From Candidatus Planktophila sp. (GTDB lineage Bacteria; Actinomycetota; Actinomycetes; Nanopelagicales; Nanopelagicaceae), in NCBI GenBank assembly GCA_017858325.1, contig JAFMBT010000002.1, forward strand, positions 30,800 through 94,799: a stretch of 64,000 nucleotides of DNA. The letters run 5' to 3'. A program made the translations under genes and the position numbers. Below the pieces are notes generated by a model. That model ran no database searches and had not been told where the DNA came from. It worked only from the letters and a program-made list of their open reading frames with translations. Numbering within the stretch: the stretch's first letter is position 1; each line of letters begins with the position of its first letter. Of this stretch, positions 45,160 to 57,556 are shown in pieces.

Positions 45160-45786
45160 GTGCCTAAAGAGATAAGCAAAGAAGAGGCAAAAGAGATTGT
45201 TACAACTCTTGCAGCAGGTTCTGTTCGAACAATTGTTGGCATAATAGGAAAGCCTGGTGGAGGAAAATCTACACTTTCAAAGTTCTTGCTGAAAGGCTCA
45301 GATCCCTTGCTCGTCTCAGTATTACCTATGGATGGATTTCATCTGAGTAATAAAGTGTTGAAATCGTTAGGTCGTTCCCAAAGAAAGGGCGCTCCTGATA
45401 CCTTCGACGTAAAAGGTTTTACGCGCGTAATTGAGAGAGTTGCACACGAGCACAATGATTCGATCTACTACCCAATCTTTGATCGCTCTATCGAAGAGTC
45501 AATAGCGGCTCAAGGTGTAGTTTTGCCAAGCACCCGTGTGGTTATCGTTGAAGGTAATTACCTAATGCACGATCGTGATGGTTGGCAGGATGTCTCACCC
45601 TTACTCAATCAGAGCTGGTATGCCTATCTGGATGAGGAGGTGAGGATTTCCCGACTAATCTCTCGCCATATCGCTTTTGGCAAAGACCCAGAGAGCGCCA
45701 AAGCGTGGGCAAAGGGGACCGATCAACGCAATGCAGACCTTATTGAGGCAGGTGTTGCACGTTGTGATTTTCTCGTTCGCATGTGA
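45160..45786 (+). CDS. P-loop nucleoside/nucleotide kinase family protein (Udk/PRK-like), GTG start
   Basis: It has the Walker A motif GKPGGGKSTL and LPMDGFH, at 208 aa. Confidence 0.55.
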   Translation: MPKEISKEEAKEIVTTLAAGSVRTIVGIIGKPGGGKSTLSKFLLKGSDPLLVSVLPMDGFHLSNKVLKSLGRSQRKGAPDTFDVKGFTRVIERVAHEHNDSIYYPIFDRSIEESIAAQGVVLPSTRVVIVEGNYLMHDRDGWQDVSPLLNQSWYAYLDEEVRISRLISRHIAFGKDPESAKAWAKGTDQRNADLIEAGVARCDFLVRM

Positions 45787-45798
45787 ATACCCGTATAG

Positions 45799-47270
<1,472 letters not shown>

Positions 47271-47276
<6 letters not shown>

Positions 47277-48671
47277 GCGAAGTGCTATCGCAAATTCACG
47301 GAAATCTTCAACGAGTAGATCGATCTCGGCCTGGCCATGTGCAAGGCTAATTAACCACTGCTCATCAAGTCCTGGCGGAGTGATAATTCCGCGATTAAGC
47401 GAGAAGAGCCAATGTGCTTCTGCAATACCAAAATCTGTCGCCTTGTAATCTCGGTAGTTGCGTACAGCAGTCGTTGACCACGTTACGCAGCCCTTTACGC
47501 CAAATCCAACTGTGTGAGCAGGAAGCTCAAACTCATCGATAATTGCACTAATTCTATCGAGCGCCTGCATATTGAACGCTTCAGCCTTTGCCATCGTTTC
47601 ATCTGTGCAGATGCGATCGATAGCGCGAATACCGGCCATCGCGAGTGGATTTCCGTTAAAGGTTCCAAAGTGAGCCATCTTGCCGTTAGTTACATAATCC
47701 ATGTATTTCTTCTTTCCACCGAATGCTGCAAGTGGAAGTCCTCCGCCGATAGATTTTGCAAGAGTGATTAAGTCTGGCTTAACACCAAGGCGAGCAGCTG
47801 CTCCCTTAGGTCCGGCTGTAAGACCGGTTTTCACTTCGTCAAAGATGAGAACCACGTCGTACTTATCGCAGAGAGCTCGAACACCTTCAAGATATCCAAC
47901 ATCTGGCAAGACGATCGCTAGATTTTCCAATACTGGTTCAACGATAAAGCAGGCGATCTTCTTTGAATTCTTCTTAAACATCTTCTCGAGAGCTTCGAGG
48001 TTATTGAAAGGGACTACGTAGATGTCTCCTGGAACGAGGTTGGAGTCGATATGGGCCTTTGGCTTATCTGGATTGCCAATTTTAGCCAGTGGTGGTTTTG
48101 ATGAAACAACAAATGGGTCATAGCTTCCGTGATAGCCACCCTCAACTTTGAGGATTCCCATCTTCTCTGTTGCAGATCGAGCCACTCGAACCGCATACAT
48201 TGTTGACTCAGTTCCTGAGTTGGTGAAGCGAACCTGGTCGATACCAAAGCGCTTACAGATTCTTTCAGCAGCATCGGTAGATGTTGGCGAAGGAGTAACA
48301 AAGAGCATTCCCTGGCGAAGAGCGGTTTGAATCTCTTCCACAACAATTGGATTGAGGTGGCCAGCAAGCATTGCACCGAAGCCCATGGAGAGATCAAGCA
48401 GTTTGCGACCGTCGATATCGGTCATCCAGGCACCCTCTGCTGATGCGATAGAGATTGGATAAGGATCCCAATGCTGAAAGCTTGAAGTTACCCCGAGTGG
48501 AAGCGATGTGAAAGCACGCTTACTCTCAACTGCAGAGCCTGCAGTATGTTTGGTGAAAAGTTTCCATTCATCTGCTAAAACTTGAGCAACACGCTCTGGT
48601 GAGACTGGCTTTGATGAGGCAGGAATATGTCTGAAGGTGTTTGCGTGATGCGACTGCACCGAGGAGTACAT
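47271..48671 (-). CDS. class III (omega) aminotransferase, glutamate-1-semialdehyde aminomutase-like
   Basis: It has a PLP-lysine region (DLITLAKSIGGGLP), FTNSGTEST and FDEVKTG. Confidence 0.75.
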
Positions 48672-48757
48672 TTATTAAAGTCCAATTCGTTAGGGATTTA
48701 GTATCTCCGATACTTAAATAAGTTGCAAGTTATGCAGAAGTTACGCGTGTTTTAACT

Positions 48758-49849
48758 TTAAAAAGTAAGTAAATTAATCTTTTTTCCATCAAAATGCAGA
48801 ATATTTGCCTTATTTCCAACAGAAATAGATCCTATTTTCTCAAGTCTCAAAAGTTTTGCAGGAAGAGTTGAAGATGCATGAACTGCATCAATTAATGAAA
48901 CCCCATCTTTTGTTATAAAGTTTAGGAATGCTTTTTCCATAGTCAAAGTACTACCTGCCAGTGAGTTATTTCTTGTAAGTCGCGCAATAGAATTTTTGAC
49001 CTCAACATCAAGTCCGCCAATTGAATACATGCCATCAGAGGAGCCAGCAGCAGACATTGCATCGGTAATTAAGATTGTGCGTTTCAAAGCCTTCGCAACG
49101 ACAGTTGCAATTACTTCGTTCGGAACATGGATCCCGTCATTGATGAGTTCTAATGCAATCGTAGAATCATTGAGCACATGTGTCGCCATTGATTCGTCAG
49201 TGAGATTCTTCGACATGGCATTACTAAAGTGTGTAACGACCTGCGCACCGGCCGTGATTGCTCTTTTGGTAGTCGCGGCATCAGCGTCAGAATGGCCAAT
49301 TGCGGCAACAATTCCTTGAGATGAGAGCCATCCGATTGCTTCAATGGCGCCATCGAGCTCTGGTGCGATGGTGACCATCCGGATAGAGCCTTGTCCTGTC
49401 TCGATCAGAGATTTCACTTCATCGAGGGCGGGGTGTCGAAGTAGATCTGGATTATGTGCCCCGCACTTTGCCGACGAAAGATATGGACCTTCAAGGTGAA
49501 TTCCCGCTAAAGCACCAGAATCTACAAATGGAATGAGCGAAGCAATTTGCTTCTTTAAAGTAGATATATCTGCTGTGACAAGACTTGCAACCTGCGAGGT
49601 TGTTCCGGCATTTCGGTGAGTATCTATGGCTTGTTTCACATGTGATGGATTGGAATCACTGAAGTAAAATCCACCACCACCGTGAGAATGGATATCTACA
49701 AAGCCTGGGATGAGTGTCCCAGGATATTTACTTTCAGAATTTAACTTATCCCCGTAATTAATGGCAGTGATGATTCCCTGATCAACCGTAATTTCTACTC
49801 TTTCGCGAATCTGCCCAGCAATAACAGCGCTCTGTGCTGAAATAATCAT
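48758..49849 (-). CDS. nagA: N-acetylglucosamine-6-phosphate deacetylase
   Basis: It is an amidohydrolase with GFVDIHSHGGGG, HLEGPY, AIGHSDA and THFSNAM. Confidence 0.8.
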   Translation of the reverse strand: MIISAQSAVIAGQIRERVEITVDQGIITAINYGDKLNSESKYPGTLIPGFVDIHSHGGGGFYFSDSNPSHVKQAIDTHRNAGTTSQVASLVTADISTLKKQIASLIPFVDSGALAGIHLEGPYLSSAKCGAHNPDLLRHPALDEVKSLIETGQGSIRMVTIAPELDGAIEAIGWLSSQGIVAAIGHSDADAATTKRAITAGAQVVTHFSNAMSKNLTDESMATHVLNDSTIALELINDGIHVPNEVIATVVAKALKRTILITDAMSAAGSSDGMYSIGGLDVEVKNSIARLTRNNSLAGSTLTMEKAFLNFITKDGVSLIDAVHASSTLPAKLLRLEKIGSISVGNKANILHFDGKKINLLTF

Positions 49850-49965
49850 ATGAGAAAGACTCGATCAAAGGCTAAAAATTGTGACTTTGTGGGGTGAATT
49901 CGAGATGACATACCCTTATTAAACTCTATGAATCTAGGGCGGGAAAGCGCTCAAGATTAGAGTCT

Positions 49966-51240
49966 TTAAGTAACCCTAGAATCTGGCTTGGCTACCTTCT
50001 CATATTGGCGGCTAGCGACCAGATCACGCATACGTTGAAACCCATCCCACACTTCAACATAAGAAGTTGGAAGTGGTGCAATAGCCAGCCGAATAGAGCT
50101 TGGAGTGCGGTAATCAGGAATGACGCGAGCGAATTGACGAAGTGCTACACAAATACGAGCCGCATCAGGATGTCCAAGTGAAATGTGCCCACCGCGCTCC
50201 TGTGCATTTCTTGATGTAAGTAGCGTGAAGCCAAGATCTACCAACCAAGCATCGTAGAGGTCGATCATCATCTGCGTTCCTGCTGAAGCTTTATTTGCGA
50301 TTGCTGAAATTGTCGCCTCTTCAATCATTGAAAATGCTGACTTGACGCATCGGAGTCCGATAATTGACGGGCTTGCAATCTGAAAACCACGGATACCTTG
50401 TGCGCGCTCAAATACAGGACCCATTCCAAATTGATCACCTTGCGAAAACCAACCTTGAATTGGAACCTGGAGTTCTGCCTGCACTCGCTTATTTACATAT
50501 AACCAAGCTGGAGAACCAGGACCTGAGTTCCCATATTTATATGTACAGCCCACTGCGATATCGACTCCATTTGCATCAAAGTTCATCTCAATTGCGCCAA
50601 CGGCGTGACTCGCATCCCATAACAAAAAGGCTCCATGGTTGCGCACTAAATCAGTTAATGACTTTATATCATTACGCGCACCGGATCGATACTGAATCAC
50701 TTCAAGAGTGACAAGCGCGACATCAGAGTTTAAATACTTCTCTAGAATTTCAGGTGTTATTCGTTCATTCTCGGCGCTTCCTGGTGATTCATTATCAATA
50801 ATGACCAGGTTAAGTCCAAGCTGCTTTGCAATTCCATCAAGAATATAACGATCTGTAGGAAAATTAGCGGCATCAGTAATAATGGTTTTGCGACCAGGGC
50901 GAGCATTAATTGCAGCTAAGGCCAACTGATAGAAATTTACCGACGTTGTATCGCAGACCAATACTTGACCAGGTGCTGCCCCAAGTGTTGCCCGCCCAAG
51001 GAGGTCTCCCGTTGGTTGGGCCTCATCAACCCAATGGCTCCAACCAGTAACCACTTCGGCTGCCCATTCACCGGTCATGAATTCATTGACAGCCGAAACG
51101 GTTGCAAGCGGTAATCGACCCAAAGAGTTGCCATCGAGATAACACATTTCCGGGTCTGTGATCATAAAGAGAGATTTAAAGCCCCTCAGCGGATCGTTCT
51201 CATCAAGTGAGAGTGCATATTCGCGGTCAGTAACCATCAT
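49966..51240 (-). CDS. kynU: kynureninase
   Basis: It has a PLP-lysine region (GCTYKYGNSGPG) and the N-terminal LDENDPLRGFKSLF, at 424 aa. Confidence 0.7.
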   Translation of the reverse strand: MMVTDREYALSLDENDPLRGFKSLFMITDPEMCYLDGNSLGRLPLATVSAVNEFMTGEWAAEVVTGWSHWVDEAQPTGDLLGRATLGAAPGQVLVCDTTSVNFYQLALAAINARPGRKTIITDAANFPTDRYILDGIAKQLGLNLVIIDNESPGSAENERITPEILEKYLNSDVALVTLEVIQYRSGARNDIKSLTDLVRNHGAFLLWDASHAVGAIEMNFDANGVDIAVGCTYKYGNSGPGSPAWLYVNKRVQAELQVPIQGWFSQGDQFGMGPVFERAQGIRGFQIASPSIIGLRCVKSAFSMIEEATISAIANKASAGTQMMIDLYDAWLVDLGFTLLTSRNAQERGGHISLGHPDAARICVALRQFARVIPDYRTPSSIRLAIAPLPTSYVEVWDGFQRMRDLVASRQYEKVAKPDSRVT

Positions 51241-51264
51241 GGCTCAAAGGTACGCTTCTCCACT

Positions 51265-53031
51265 ATGGCGCGCAATCTTGTTAATCTCGAAGGAGTAAGT
51301 AAGGCCTTTGATATTCGCGCATTACTGGTGAAAGTCTCAATCGGGGTTTCAGAGGGCGATCGAATTGGAATTGTTGGCCGAAATGGCGCCGGCAAAAGTA
51401 CTTTAATGAAAATAATTGCAGGGATAGAAAGTCCTGATGAGGGTCGCGTTACTCAGGGAAATTCTGTGCGCGTAGGAATGCTTTCGCAGGTAGATGTTGC
51501 GGATAAAAATGCAACAGTAGGCGATATCGTAATTGGCAATCGAGCTAAACATGAGTGGGCAAGTGATCCCAAGATTCGTGAAGTCTTTACCGGACTCTTT
51601 GGCGGCTTTGATGATCATCTCTTTGAGAGGGTATTTATCACACTCTCTGGAGGTGAGAAGCGGAGAGTGGGGCTAGCAAAACTTCTCATCGATGAACTTG
51701 ATCTTATTATGCTCGATGAACCAACGAATCATCTCGATGTTGAAGGCGTGGATTGGCTTGCGCGACACTTAAACGTGAGAAAAGATTTAGCAGTCCTAGT
51801 TGTCACTCACGATCGCTGGTTCTTAGATGCAGTTACTGATCGCACCTGGGAAGTTGTCTCTGGCGCTCTCGAAGAATATGACGGCGGCTACTCAGCCTAT
51901 GTTTTGGCAAAGGCAGAGCGTGCTCGCCAGGCAAGTGCGATGGATGCGCGGCGAAATAGTCTCATAAGAAAAGAACTTGCCTGGCTTCGTCGTGGTGCGC
52001 CAGCACAAACTGTGAAACCAAAATTCCGTGTTGATGCGGCAAATGAACTGATTAGCAGCGAACCTGCACCACGAGATAAATCAGAGCTACTTAAATTTGC
52101 ACTGAATCGCCTTGGTCGAACGGTCCTTGAATATCAACATGCAAAGATTTCAGCAGGTGATAAAGAGTTAATTAGTGAATTGACGTGGAATATCGGCCCC
52201 GGTGATCGCTTCGGAATAGTGGGAGTAAATGGTGCTGGCAAAACAACGCTCATGCGCACTATGGCTTCAGAAATTGATGTAGCAGCAGGAAAACTTGTCA
52301 CCGGTATTACTGTGAAGATTGCATTTCTTACCCAGCATTTAGATGAGCTAGATCCAACATGGCGAGTACTTGAAGCAGTTGAGAATGTGGCTAATCATAT
52401 TGAGATAGGTAAAGGACGCACGCTTTCAGCCTCTCAACTCTGTGAGCGACTTGGCTTTGACCGCGATGGGCAATGGACCCCTGTTGGGGATCTTTCAGGT
52501 GGCGAGAAGAGACGTCTGCAATTAACTCGGTTGTTAATGGATTCTCCGAATGTGCTCTTACTTGATGAGCCAACAAATGATTTTGATATCGAAACCTTGA
52601 CTGAGCTCGAGGATCTATTAGATAGCTATGGGGGGACACTCATTGTGATCTCCCATGATCGGTATTTCCTAGAACGCGTCTGTGATCGCTTTGTTGGCCT
52701 TATGGGTGACCAAGAGCTTCGCGATCTACCTCGGGGCGTTGATCAATATCTAGAACACCGCGCACAGTCATCATCACATACTTCACAGGGCAATTCAGGG
52801 AAAGTATCGAGCGCCGCGCAAGAACGAGCGCTGAAAAAGGATCTCACCAGAGTTGAAAGACAGATACAGAAAGCGAAAGAGAAGGTTGCAAAGCTGGCTC
52901 TTGAACAAGAAAGTGCATCCTTTGATGCAACCAGATTAAGTGAAATTTCAATAGAACTTGGTCAACTAGAGAAGGAATTAGTAGCACGAGAAGAAGAGTG
53001 GCTTGAAATTACTCTTAAATTAGAAAATTAG
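51265..53031 (+). CDS. ABC-F family ATPase (translation-factor type, no TM domain)
   Basis: It has two Walker A motifs (GRNGAGKST, GVNGAGKTT), two LSGGEKRR signatures and a C-terminal coiled-coil-like tail. Confidence 0.85.
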   Translation: MARNLVNLEGVSKAFDIRALLVKVSIGVSEGDRIGIVGRNGAGKSTLMKIIAGIESPDEGRVTQGNSVRVGMLSQVDVADKNATVGDIVIGNRAKHEWASDPKIREVFTGLFGGFDDHLFERVFITLSGGEKRRVGLAKLLIDELDLIMLDEPTNHLDVEGVDWLARHLNVRKDLAVLVVTHDRWFLDAVTDRTWEVVSGALEEYDGGYSAYVLAKAERARQASAMDARRNSLIRKELAWLRRGAPAQTVKPKFRVDAANELISSEPAPRDKSELLKFALNRLGRTVLEYQHAKISAGDKELISELTWNIGPGDRFGIVGVNGAGKTTLMRTMASEIDVAAGKLVTGITVKIAFLTQHLDELDPTWRVLEAVENVANHIEIGKGRTLSASQLCERLGFDRDGQWTPVGDLSGGEKRRLQLTRLLMDSPNVLLLDEPTNDFDIETLTELEDLLDSYGGTLIVISHDRYFLERVCDRFVGLMGDQELRDLPRGVDQYLEHRAQSSSHTSQGNSGKVSSAAQERALKKDLTRVERQIQKAKEKVAKLALEQESASFDATRLSEISIELGQLEKELVAREEEWLEITLKLEN

Positions 53032-53045
53032 AATAAAGTCAGAAC

Positions 53046-53996
53046 ATGAAGCAAAAGCGCCTAGATTTTTTGGCAGCAATCTCAGGCGTACTGATCGCTC
53101 TCCAAGCTCGGGCAAATGGTGAACTTTCACAGCGACTTGATAATGGACTCCAGGCAGCGCTTATTTCATTTGCTTCGGGGTTAATCATCATCGCAACTAT
53201 TGCATTGTTTAATCCTGCAATTAAACAAGGTGTACGCACACTGAGCCGCGCAGTCAAGGCGAGAGATTTGCCAGCATGGACACTCTTTGCTGGCATGCTG
53301 GGTGGAGCTTTTATTGCAGTACAAACTCAGATTGTTCCATTACTTGGTGTTGCGGTTTATTCAGTCGCCTCGATTGCGGGCCAAAGTGCCGTCTCATTAC
53401 TTGTTGATCGTATTGGCCTCACTGGAGGCGGAAAGAAGCAGATCACACCTCGTCGCGTAATGGCAGCACTTGTTACTGTCTTTGCAGTTTTTATCTCAGT
53501 AGCCGACCGTCTCGACGGAAAATCACTCTCTATTCTTGCGGTAACTCTCGGTGTGGCTTCTGGTGGGATTGTGGGATTGCAACGAGCCCTTAATGGCCAG
53601 ATCAATGAGCATTCGCATCAGAGTTTTACAACATCCTTATTAAATTTTGCGATGGGGTTAACGTTTCTTACTATCTTGCTCTTGATCTCCTACATCATCG
53701 GAGATGTTGATTTCTCACCGCTTCCATCGGGACCATGGTGGATCTACACCGGTGGAGTACTAGGCGTTGTTTACGTTGCATTTACCTCAACAATTGTGCA
53801 ACACCTTGGTGTCTTAACGTTCACACTGATAAGCGTTGGCGGGCAACTCGTCGGCTCTCTTCTGATCGATCTCTTTTCACCGACGCCCGGCGTCCAGATA
53901 AGCATCTATCTAGTTACAGGAATTATTCTTACATACCTCGGAGTGCTCGTCGGTGGCGTGAATAATCAACGAGGGCGGAAACGATTGAACCGGTAA
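53046..53996 (+). CDS. DMT-superfamily membrane protein (duplicated YdcZ/DUF606-like)
   Basis: It has about ten hydrophobic segments in two similar halves. The family call is from memory. Confidence 0.5.
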   Translation: MKQKRLDFLAAISGVLIALQARANGELSQRLDNGLQAALISFASGLIIIATIALFNPAIKQGVRTLSRAVKARDLPAWTLFAGMLGGAFIAVQTQIVPLLGVAVYSVASIAGQSAVSLLVDRIGLTGGGKKQITPRRVMAALVTVFAVFISVADRLDGKSLSILAVTLGVASGGIVGLQRALNGQINEHSHQSFTTSLLNFAMGLTFLTILLLISYIIGDVDFSPLPSGPWWIYTGGVLGVVYVAFTSTIVQHLGVLTFTLISVGGQLVGSLLIDLFSPTPGVQISIYLVTGIILTYLGVLVGGVNNQRGRKRLNR

Positions 53997-54549
53997 TAAA
54001 GAAGCCAGCAATAAGATAAGTAAAGGTCTTAACTCCTGGAATAGACGCTGTGTAGTAACCCGCCAAAGTGATTCCTACCCCCCAAGCGATGGCCCCAAGA
54101 ATATTGGCGGAGAGAAACTTGTAATAAGGCATTTTGGATGCGCCGGCAATGAGTGGAAGAAAAGTTCTCACCCATGGAATGAAGCGAGCTGCAACAACAG
54201 ACCACCAACCAGACTTCGCATAGAAACTTTCACATTTACGGATTACTTTCTGCAAACTTGGTGATTTTTTCTTACTTAGGTAAGAGCGGCCGATTAGCCG
54301 ACCAATGACAAAGCCCACTTGATTGCCGACAAAGGCAGTCATAAAAATTACAGTAAGTAGAGTTGTGATACTGACATTTTCTTCCGTAGCTGCAACTAAA
54401 CCTGCACTGAAGAGGATTGAGCTTCCGGGTAGAACGAAGCCAAAGACGAGTGCAGATTGAACAAAGACGTTTGTGCCAACAATGAAGTAGAGAAGTAGTG
54501 GCCCAAACTCTGCAAATTGCGATTCAATTGAGGTGAAGAGCTCCATCAC
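53929..54549 (-). CDS. DedA-family membrane protein
   Basis: It is 206 aa and has the DedA core (FVLPGSSILFSAG, FIPWVRTFLPLIAG). Confidence 0.75.
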   Translation of the reverse strand: MMELFTSIESQFAEFGPLLLYFIVGTNVFVQSALVFGFVLPGSSILFSAGLVAATEENVSITTLLTVIFMTAFVGNQVGFVIGRLIGRSYLSKKKSPSLQKVIRKCESFYAKSGWWSVVAARFIPWVRTFLPLIAGASKMPYYKFLSANILGAIAWGVGITLAGYYTASIPGVKTFTYLIAGFFITGSIVSALVDYSRHRRALRGM

Positions 54550-55922
54550 ACCGACTTCTTAACTGCTGCTGCCACCTTGCTAACAACTTGAGGATCAAAG
54601 ACGCTGGGAATGATGAATGAGGCGTTGAGCTGTGATGGAGTGACGCACTCGGCAATGGCAAGAGCAGCGGCTATTAAAAGATCATCTGTAATTTTATGTG
54701 CTTGAGCATCGAGTAGACCGCGGAAGATTCCTGGAAACGCTAGGACATTGTTGATTTGATTAGGCTGATCACTACGACCCGTAGCGACAACGGCGGCGTA
54801 CTTACGTGCAATAACTGGATCGATCTCAGGGTCTGGGTTTGCAAGTGCGAAAACTATTGATTTATCGGCCATTGCCGCGATATCAGCCTCGACTAAGACA
54901 TTAGGAGCGCTAACACCAATAAAGACATCAGCGCCACTCATTACCTGATGAAGATCGCCAGCAAAGTTTTCAGAATTTGAATTATCAATAAACCACGCAC
55001 GCATCTCATCATTGCGATCACAAGTACTATTGATTACACCATCTTTATCGAAGGCGATAATATTTTCAGCACCACTTTTTACCAACAGGCGAGCTACGGC
55101 GGTACCGGCAGCGCCAGCTCCGCTCATGACGATTTTTACTGTCGAGATATCTTTCTTGACCAACTTAAGTGAGTTCTTAAGGGCTGCCAAGACAACAATG
55201 GCAGTGCCATGCTGATCATCGTGGAAGACTGGAATATCTAAGAGCTGACGTAAACGGGCCTCGATCTCAAAGCAACGTGGTGCCGAAATATCCTCGAGGT
55301 TGATTCCCCCGTAGACCGGTGCAATCAATTGCACGGTGTGGACAATTTCATCGACATCTTGCGTGTCAAGACATACAGGCCAAGCATCAACATCTGCAAA
55401 GCGCTTAAAGAGTGCGGCTTTACCCTCCATGACTGGCAGCGCAGCGGCAGGTCCGATATTTCCAAGGCCCAATACGGCAGAGCCATCTGTTACAACTGCG
55501 ACTGTGTTGCGCTTCATTGTGAGCCTGCGAACGTTACTTGGATCATCAACAATTGCTTGGCTAATGCGTGCAACGCCAGGTGTGTATGCACGAGACAGGT
55601 CATCACGAGTTTTGAGAGGCACCTTGGACGCAATCTCAATCTTCCCACCAAGGTGAAGTAAAAATGTGCGATCAGAGACCTTGCGAACAATAAGACCATT
55701 AATAACATTGAGTGCTGCTGTAATCTCATCCGCATGATCGGCATTGATCGTGTCACACGTAACATCTATTACCACTTTATCGAGCATTGATTCAACGACA
55801 TCGAGTGCAGTAATCGTCGCACCTGCGCTAGAGAGCGCTGAAGTAATTAGCGCAATCGGTTGAAGATTAGGAGAACCTTCTACGCGAATTGTGATTCCGT
55901 AACCAGGGGAAGTCGATACCAT
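54546..55922 (-). CDS. NAD(P)-dependent malic enzyme with an N-terminal ACT-like domain
   Basis: It has YTPGVA, GLGNIGP, the Rossmann motif SGAGAAG and ALANPDPEI. Confidence 0.8.
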   Translation of the reverse strand: MVSTSPGYGITIRVEGSPNLQPIALITSALSSAGATITALDVVESMLDKVVIDVTCDTINADHADEITAALNVINGLIVRKVSDRTFLLHLGGKIEIASKVPLKTRDDLSRAYTPGVARISQAIVDDPSNVRRLTMKRNTVAVVTDGSAVLGLGNIGPAAALPVMEGKAALFKRFADVDAWPVCLDTQDVDEIVHTVQLIAPVYGGINLEDISAPRCFEIEARLRQLLDIPVFHDDQHGTAIVVLAALKNSLKLVKKDISTVKIVMSGAGAAGTAVARLLVKSGAENIIAFDKDGVINSTCDRNDEMRAWFIDNSNSENFAGDLHQVMSGADVFIGVSAPNVLVEADIAAMADKSIVFALANPDPEIDPVIARKYAAVVATGRSDQPNQINNVLAFPGIFRGLLDAQAHKITDDLLIAAALAIAECVTPSQLNASFIIPSVFDPQVVSKVAAAVKKSV

Positions 55923-56561
55923 TTATACAACTCCATAAAGTCGATCGCCCGCATCGCCCAGTCCTGGAACGATGTACCCGTGTTCATTTAAGCGCTCATC
56001 TAGCGCACCCGTTACTAAATTAATTGGAACCCCTGAACTTTTAAATGCTTCTTCGAGGGCTGCAATTCCCTCGGGAGCCGACAAGATACAGATCGCAGTA
56101 ATTTCAGTCGCACCACGTTCAATGAGAAAGTTGATTGCTGCTACTAAGGTTCCGCCAGTTGCAAGCATTGGGTCTAAGACAAAACATTGACGACCCGCGA
56201 GATCTTCTGGAAGGCGATTGGCATATGTGCTGGCTTGGAGAGTTTTCTCATCGCGCACCATTCCAAGGAATCCAATTTCGGCGGTTGGAATCAAGCGACT
56301 CATTCCTTCAAGCATTCCTAATCCAGCGCGAAGAATAGGTACAACAACAGGTCGAGGGTGGGCAAGCTTTACACCAGTAGTTGGTTGAACAGGGGTGACA
56401 ATCTCAACCTTTTCAACACGGACCTCGCGCGTTGCCTCGTACGCCAATAAAGTCACGAGCTCTTCAACGAGGTGGCGAAATGTTGGTGAGTCGGTCTTCT
56501 CGTCGCGCAGAACCGTCAACTTGTGGGAAATCAGGGGATGGTTGGCGACGTGGACTTTCAT
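55923..56561 (-). CDS. upp: uracil phosphoribosyltransferase
   Basis: It has the PRPP motif [11 protein letters not shown] and the C-terminal [15 protein letters not shown]. The start is placed at MKVHV (nt 56561), with a GGTAAGG Shine-Dalgarno-like sequence upstream. Confidence 0.85.
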   Translation of the reverse strand: MKVHVANHPLISHKLTVLRDEKTDSPTFRHLVEELVTLLAYEATREVRVEKVEIVTPVQPTTGVKLAHPRPVVVPILRAGLGMLEGMSRLIPTAEIGFLGMVRDEKTLQASTYANRLPEDLAGRQCFVLDPMLATGGTLVAAINFLIERGATEITAICILSAPEGIAALEEAFKSSGVPINLVTGALDERLNEHGYIVPGLGDAGDRLYGVV

Positions 56562-56595
56562 AACCCGTACCTTACCGCCCTTTCTTTCCTCACCA

Positions 56596-57105
56596 ATGAG
56601 TGGGAATATGGGCAACGTGAGTCAGAACCAGGATAGCCAACCATTGATCAATGACGTGGATATCGCAGTAGCTGCCTGGCACGAAGATGGACGCTGGTCT
56701 TTAGCCCTTCTTCCCGATGCGCAGGATCTCCCACAGATAATTGAGCGACTTAAGTCACAACAGACAAATGGTGGCGCGCTCGCACTTTTAGCAATTGATG
56801 AAGAATTTTTTATGATCATTCGAGTTCTGGGAGCGCATATTAAATTATTTTTAAGCGATATCTCTTACGCTATTGATTACGACATTGCGGCAGAGTTCAT
56901 TGAAATTTGTGATTTAAATATGCCCGAAGAAGATGATGAACCATTTCCTGCTGGTGATTTAGATATTATCTCCGACTTAGGTGTACATCGAATGGAGCTA
57001 TTAACTCTTTGTGATGATCCTGATCTCTTTCCTGATGAGCAACTCGAAGCTATCGCTAGTCGCTTAGGTTTCGGCGAGGAATTCGCACAATTATTGGAGT
57101 TGTAA
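56596..57105 (+). CDS. tRNA adenosine deaminase-associated protein (actinobacterial, acidic)
   Basis: It has the conserved start region [12 protein letters not shown] and sits immediately upstream of tadA. The start is uncertain (ATG at 56596 or 56608). The longer listed ORF overlaps upp on the other strand. Confidence 0.55.
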   Translation: MSGNMGNVSQNQDSQPLINDVDIAVAAWHEDGRWSLALLPDAQDLPQIIERLKSQQTNGGALALLAIDEEFFMIIRVLGAHIKLFLSDISYAIDYDIAAEFIEICDLNMPEEDDEPFPAGDLDIISDLGVHRMELLTLCDDPDLFPDEQLEAIASRLGFGEEFAQLLEL

Positions 57106-57127
57106 AATTCTAGATTACGAAAATTTC

Positions 57128-57556
57128 ATGAGAGATGCACTTGTCATTGCGCGTCAAGCACTTGCAACAGGTGATGTTCCTGTTGGCGCAATAATTGTCA
57201 ACGCGGATGGCGTAGTTGTTGGTACAGGATCTAATGAGCGTAAAGCAAATAATGATCCAACTGCACATGCTGAGATAGTTGCGATTAGAAATGCATCCAC
57301 ACGATTGCAAAAATCACGACTCGATGGATGTACCTTGATTGTCACTTTGGAACCGTGTGCAATGTGTGCCGGCGCTATTGCACAATCTCGCATCTCTCAC
57401 CTGGTTTATGGCGCATGGGATGAAAAAGCTGGAGCAGTGGGCTCTGTCTGGGATGTACTGCGAGATCCACGCTCAATCTTCAAAGTTGAGGTCACATCTG
57501 GTCTGCTTGAAACCGAATGCGTGGGGTTATTAAAAGAGTTTTTCTCAGACAAGTAA
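57128..57556 (+). CDS. tadA: tRNA-specific adenosine deaminase
   Basis: It has the zinc motifs HAE and PCAMCAGA, at 142 aa. Its expected substrate, tRNA-Arg(ACG), is encoded at 25859. Confidence 0.9.
   Translation: MRDALVIARQALATGDVPVGAIIVNADGVVVGTGSNERKANNDPTAHAEIVAIRNASTRLQKSRLDGCTLIVTLEPCAMCAGAIAQSRISHLVYGAWDEKAGAVGSVWDVLRDPRSIFKVEVTSGLLETECVGLLKEFFSDK

Noticed and set aside
56395-56595. Upstream part of the listed 236-aa ORF for the TadA-associated protein
   Set aside because: It overlaps the 5' part of upp on the opposite strand and has Ser/Thr/Arg-rich nonsense-like composition. The conserved protein begins near nt 56596-56617.
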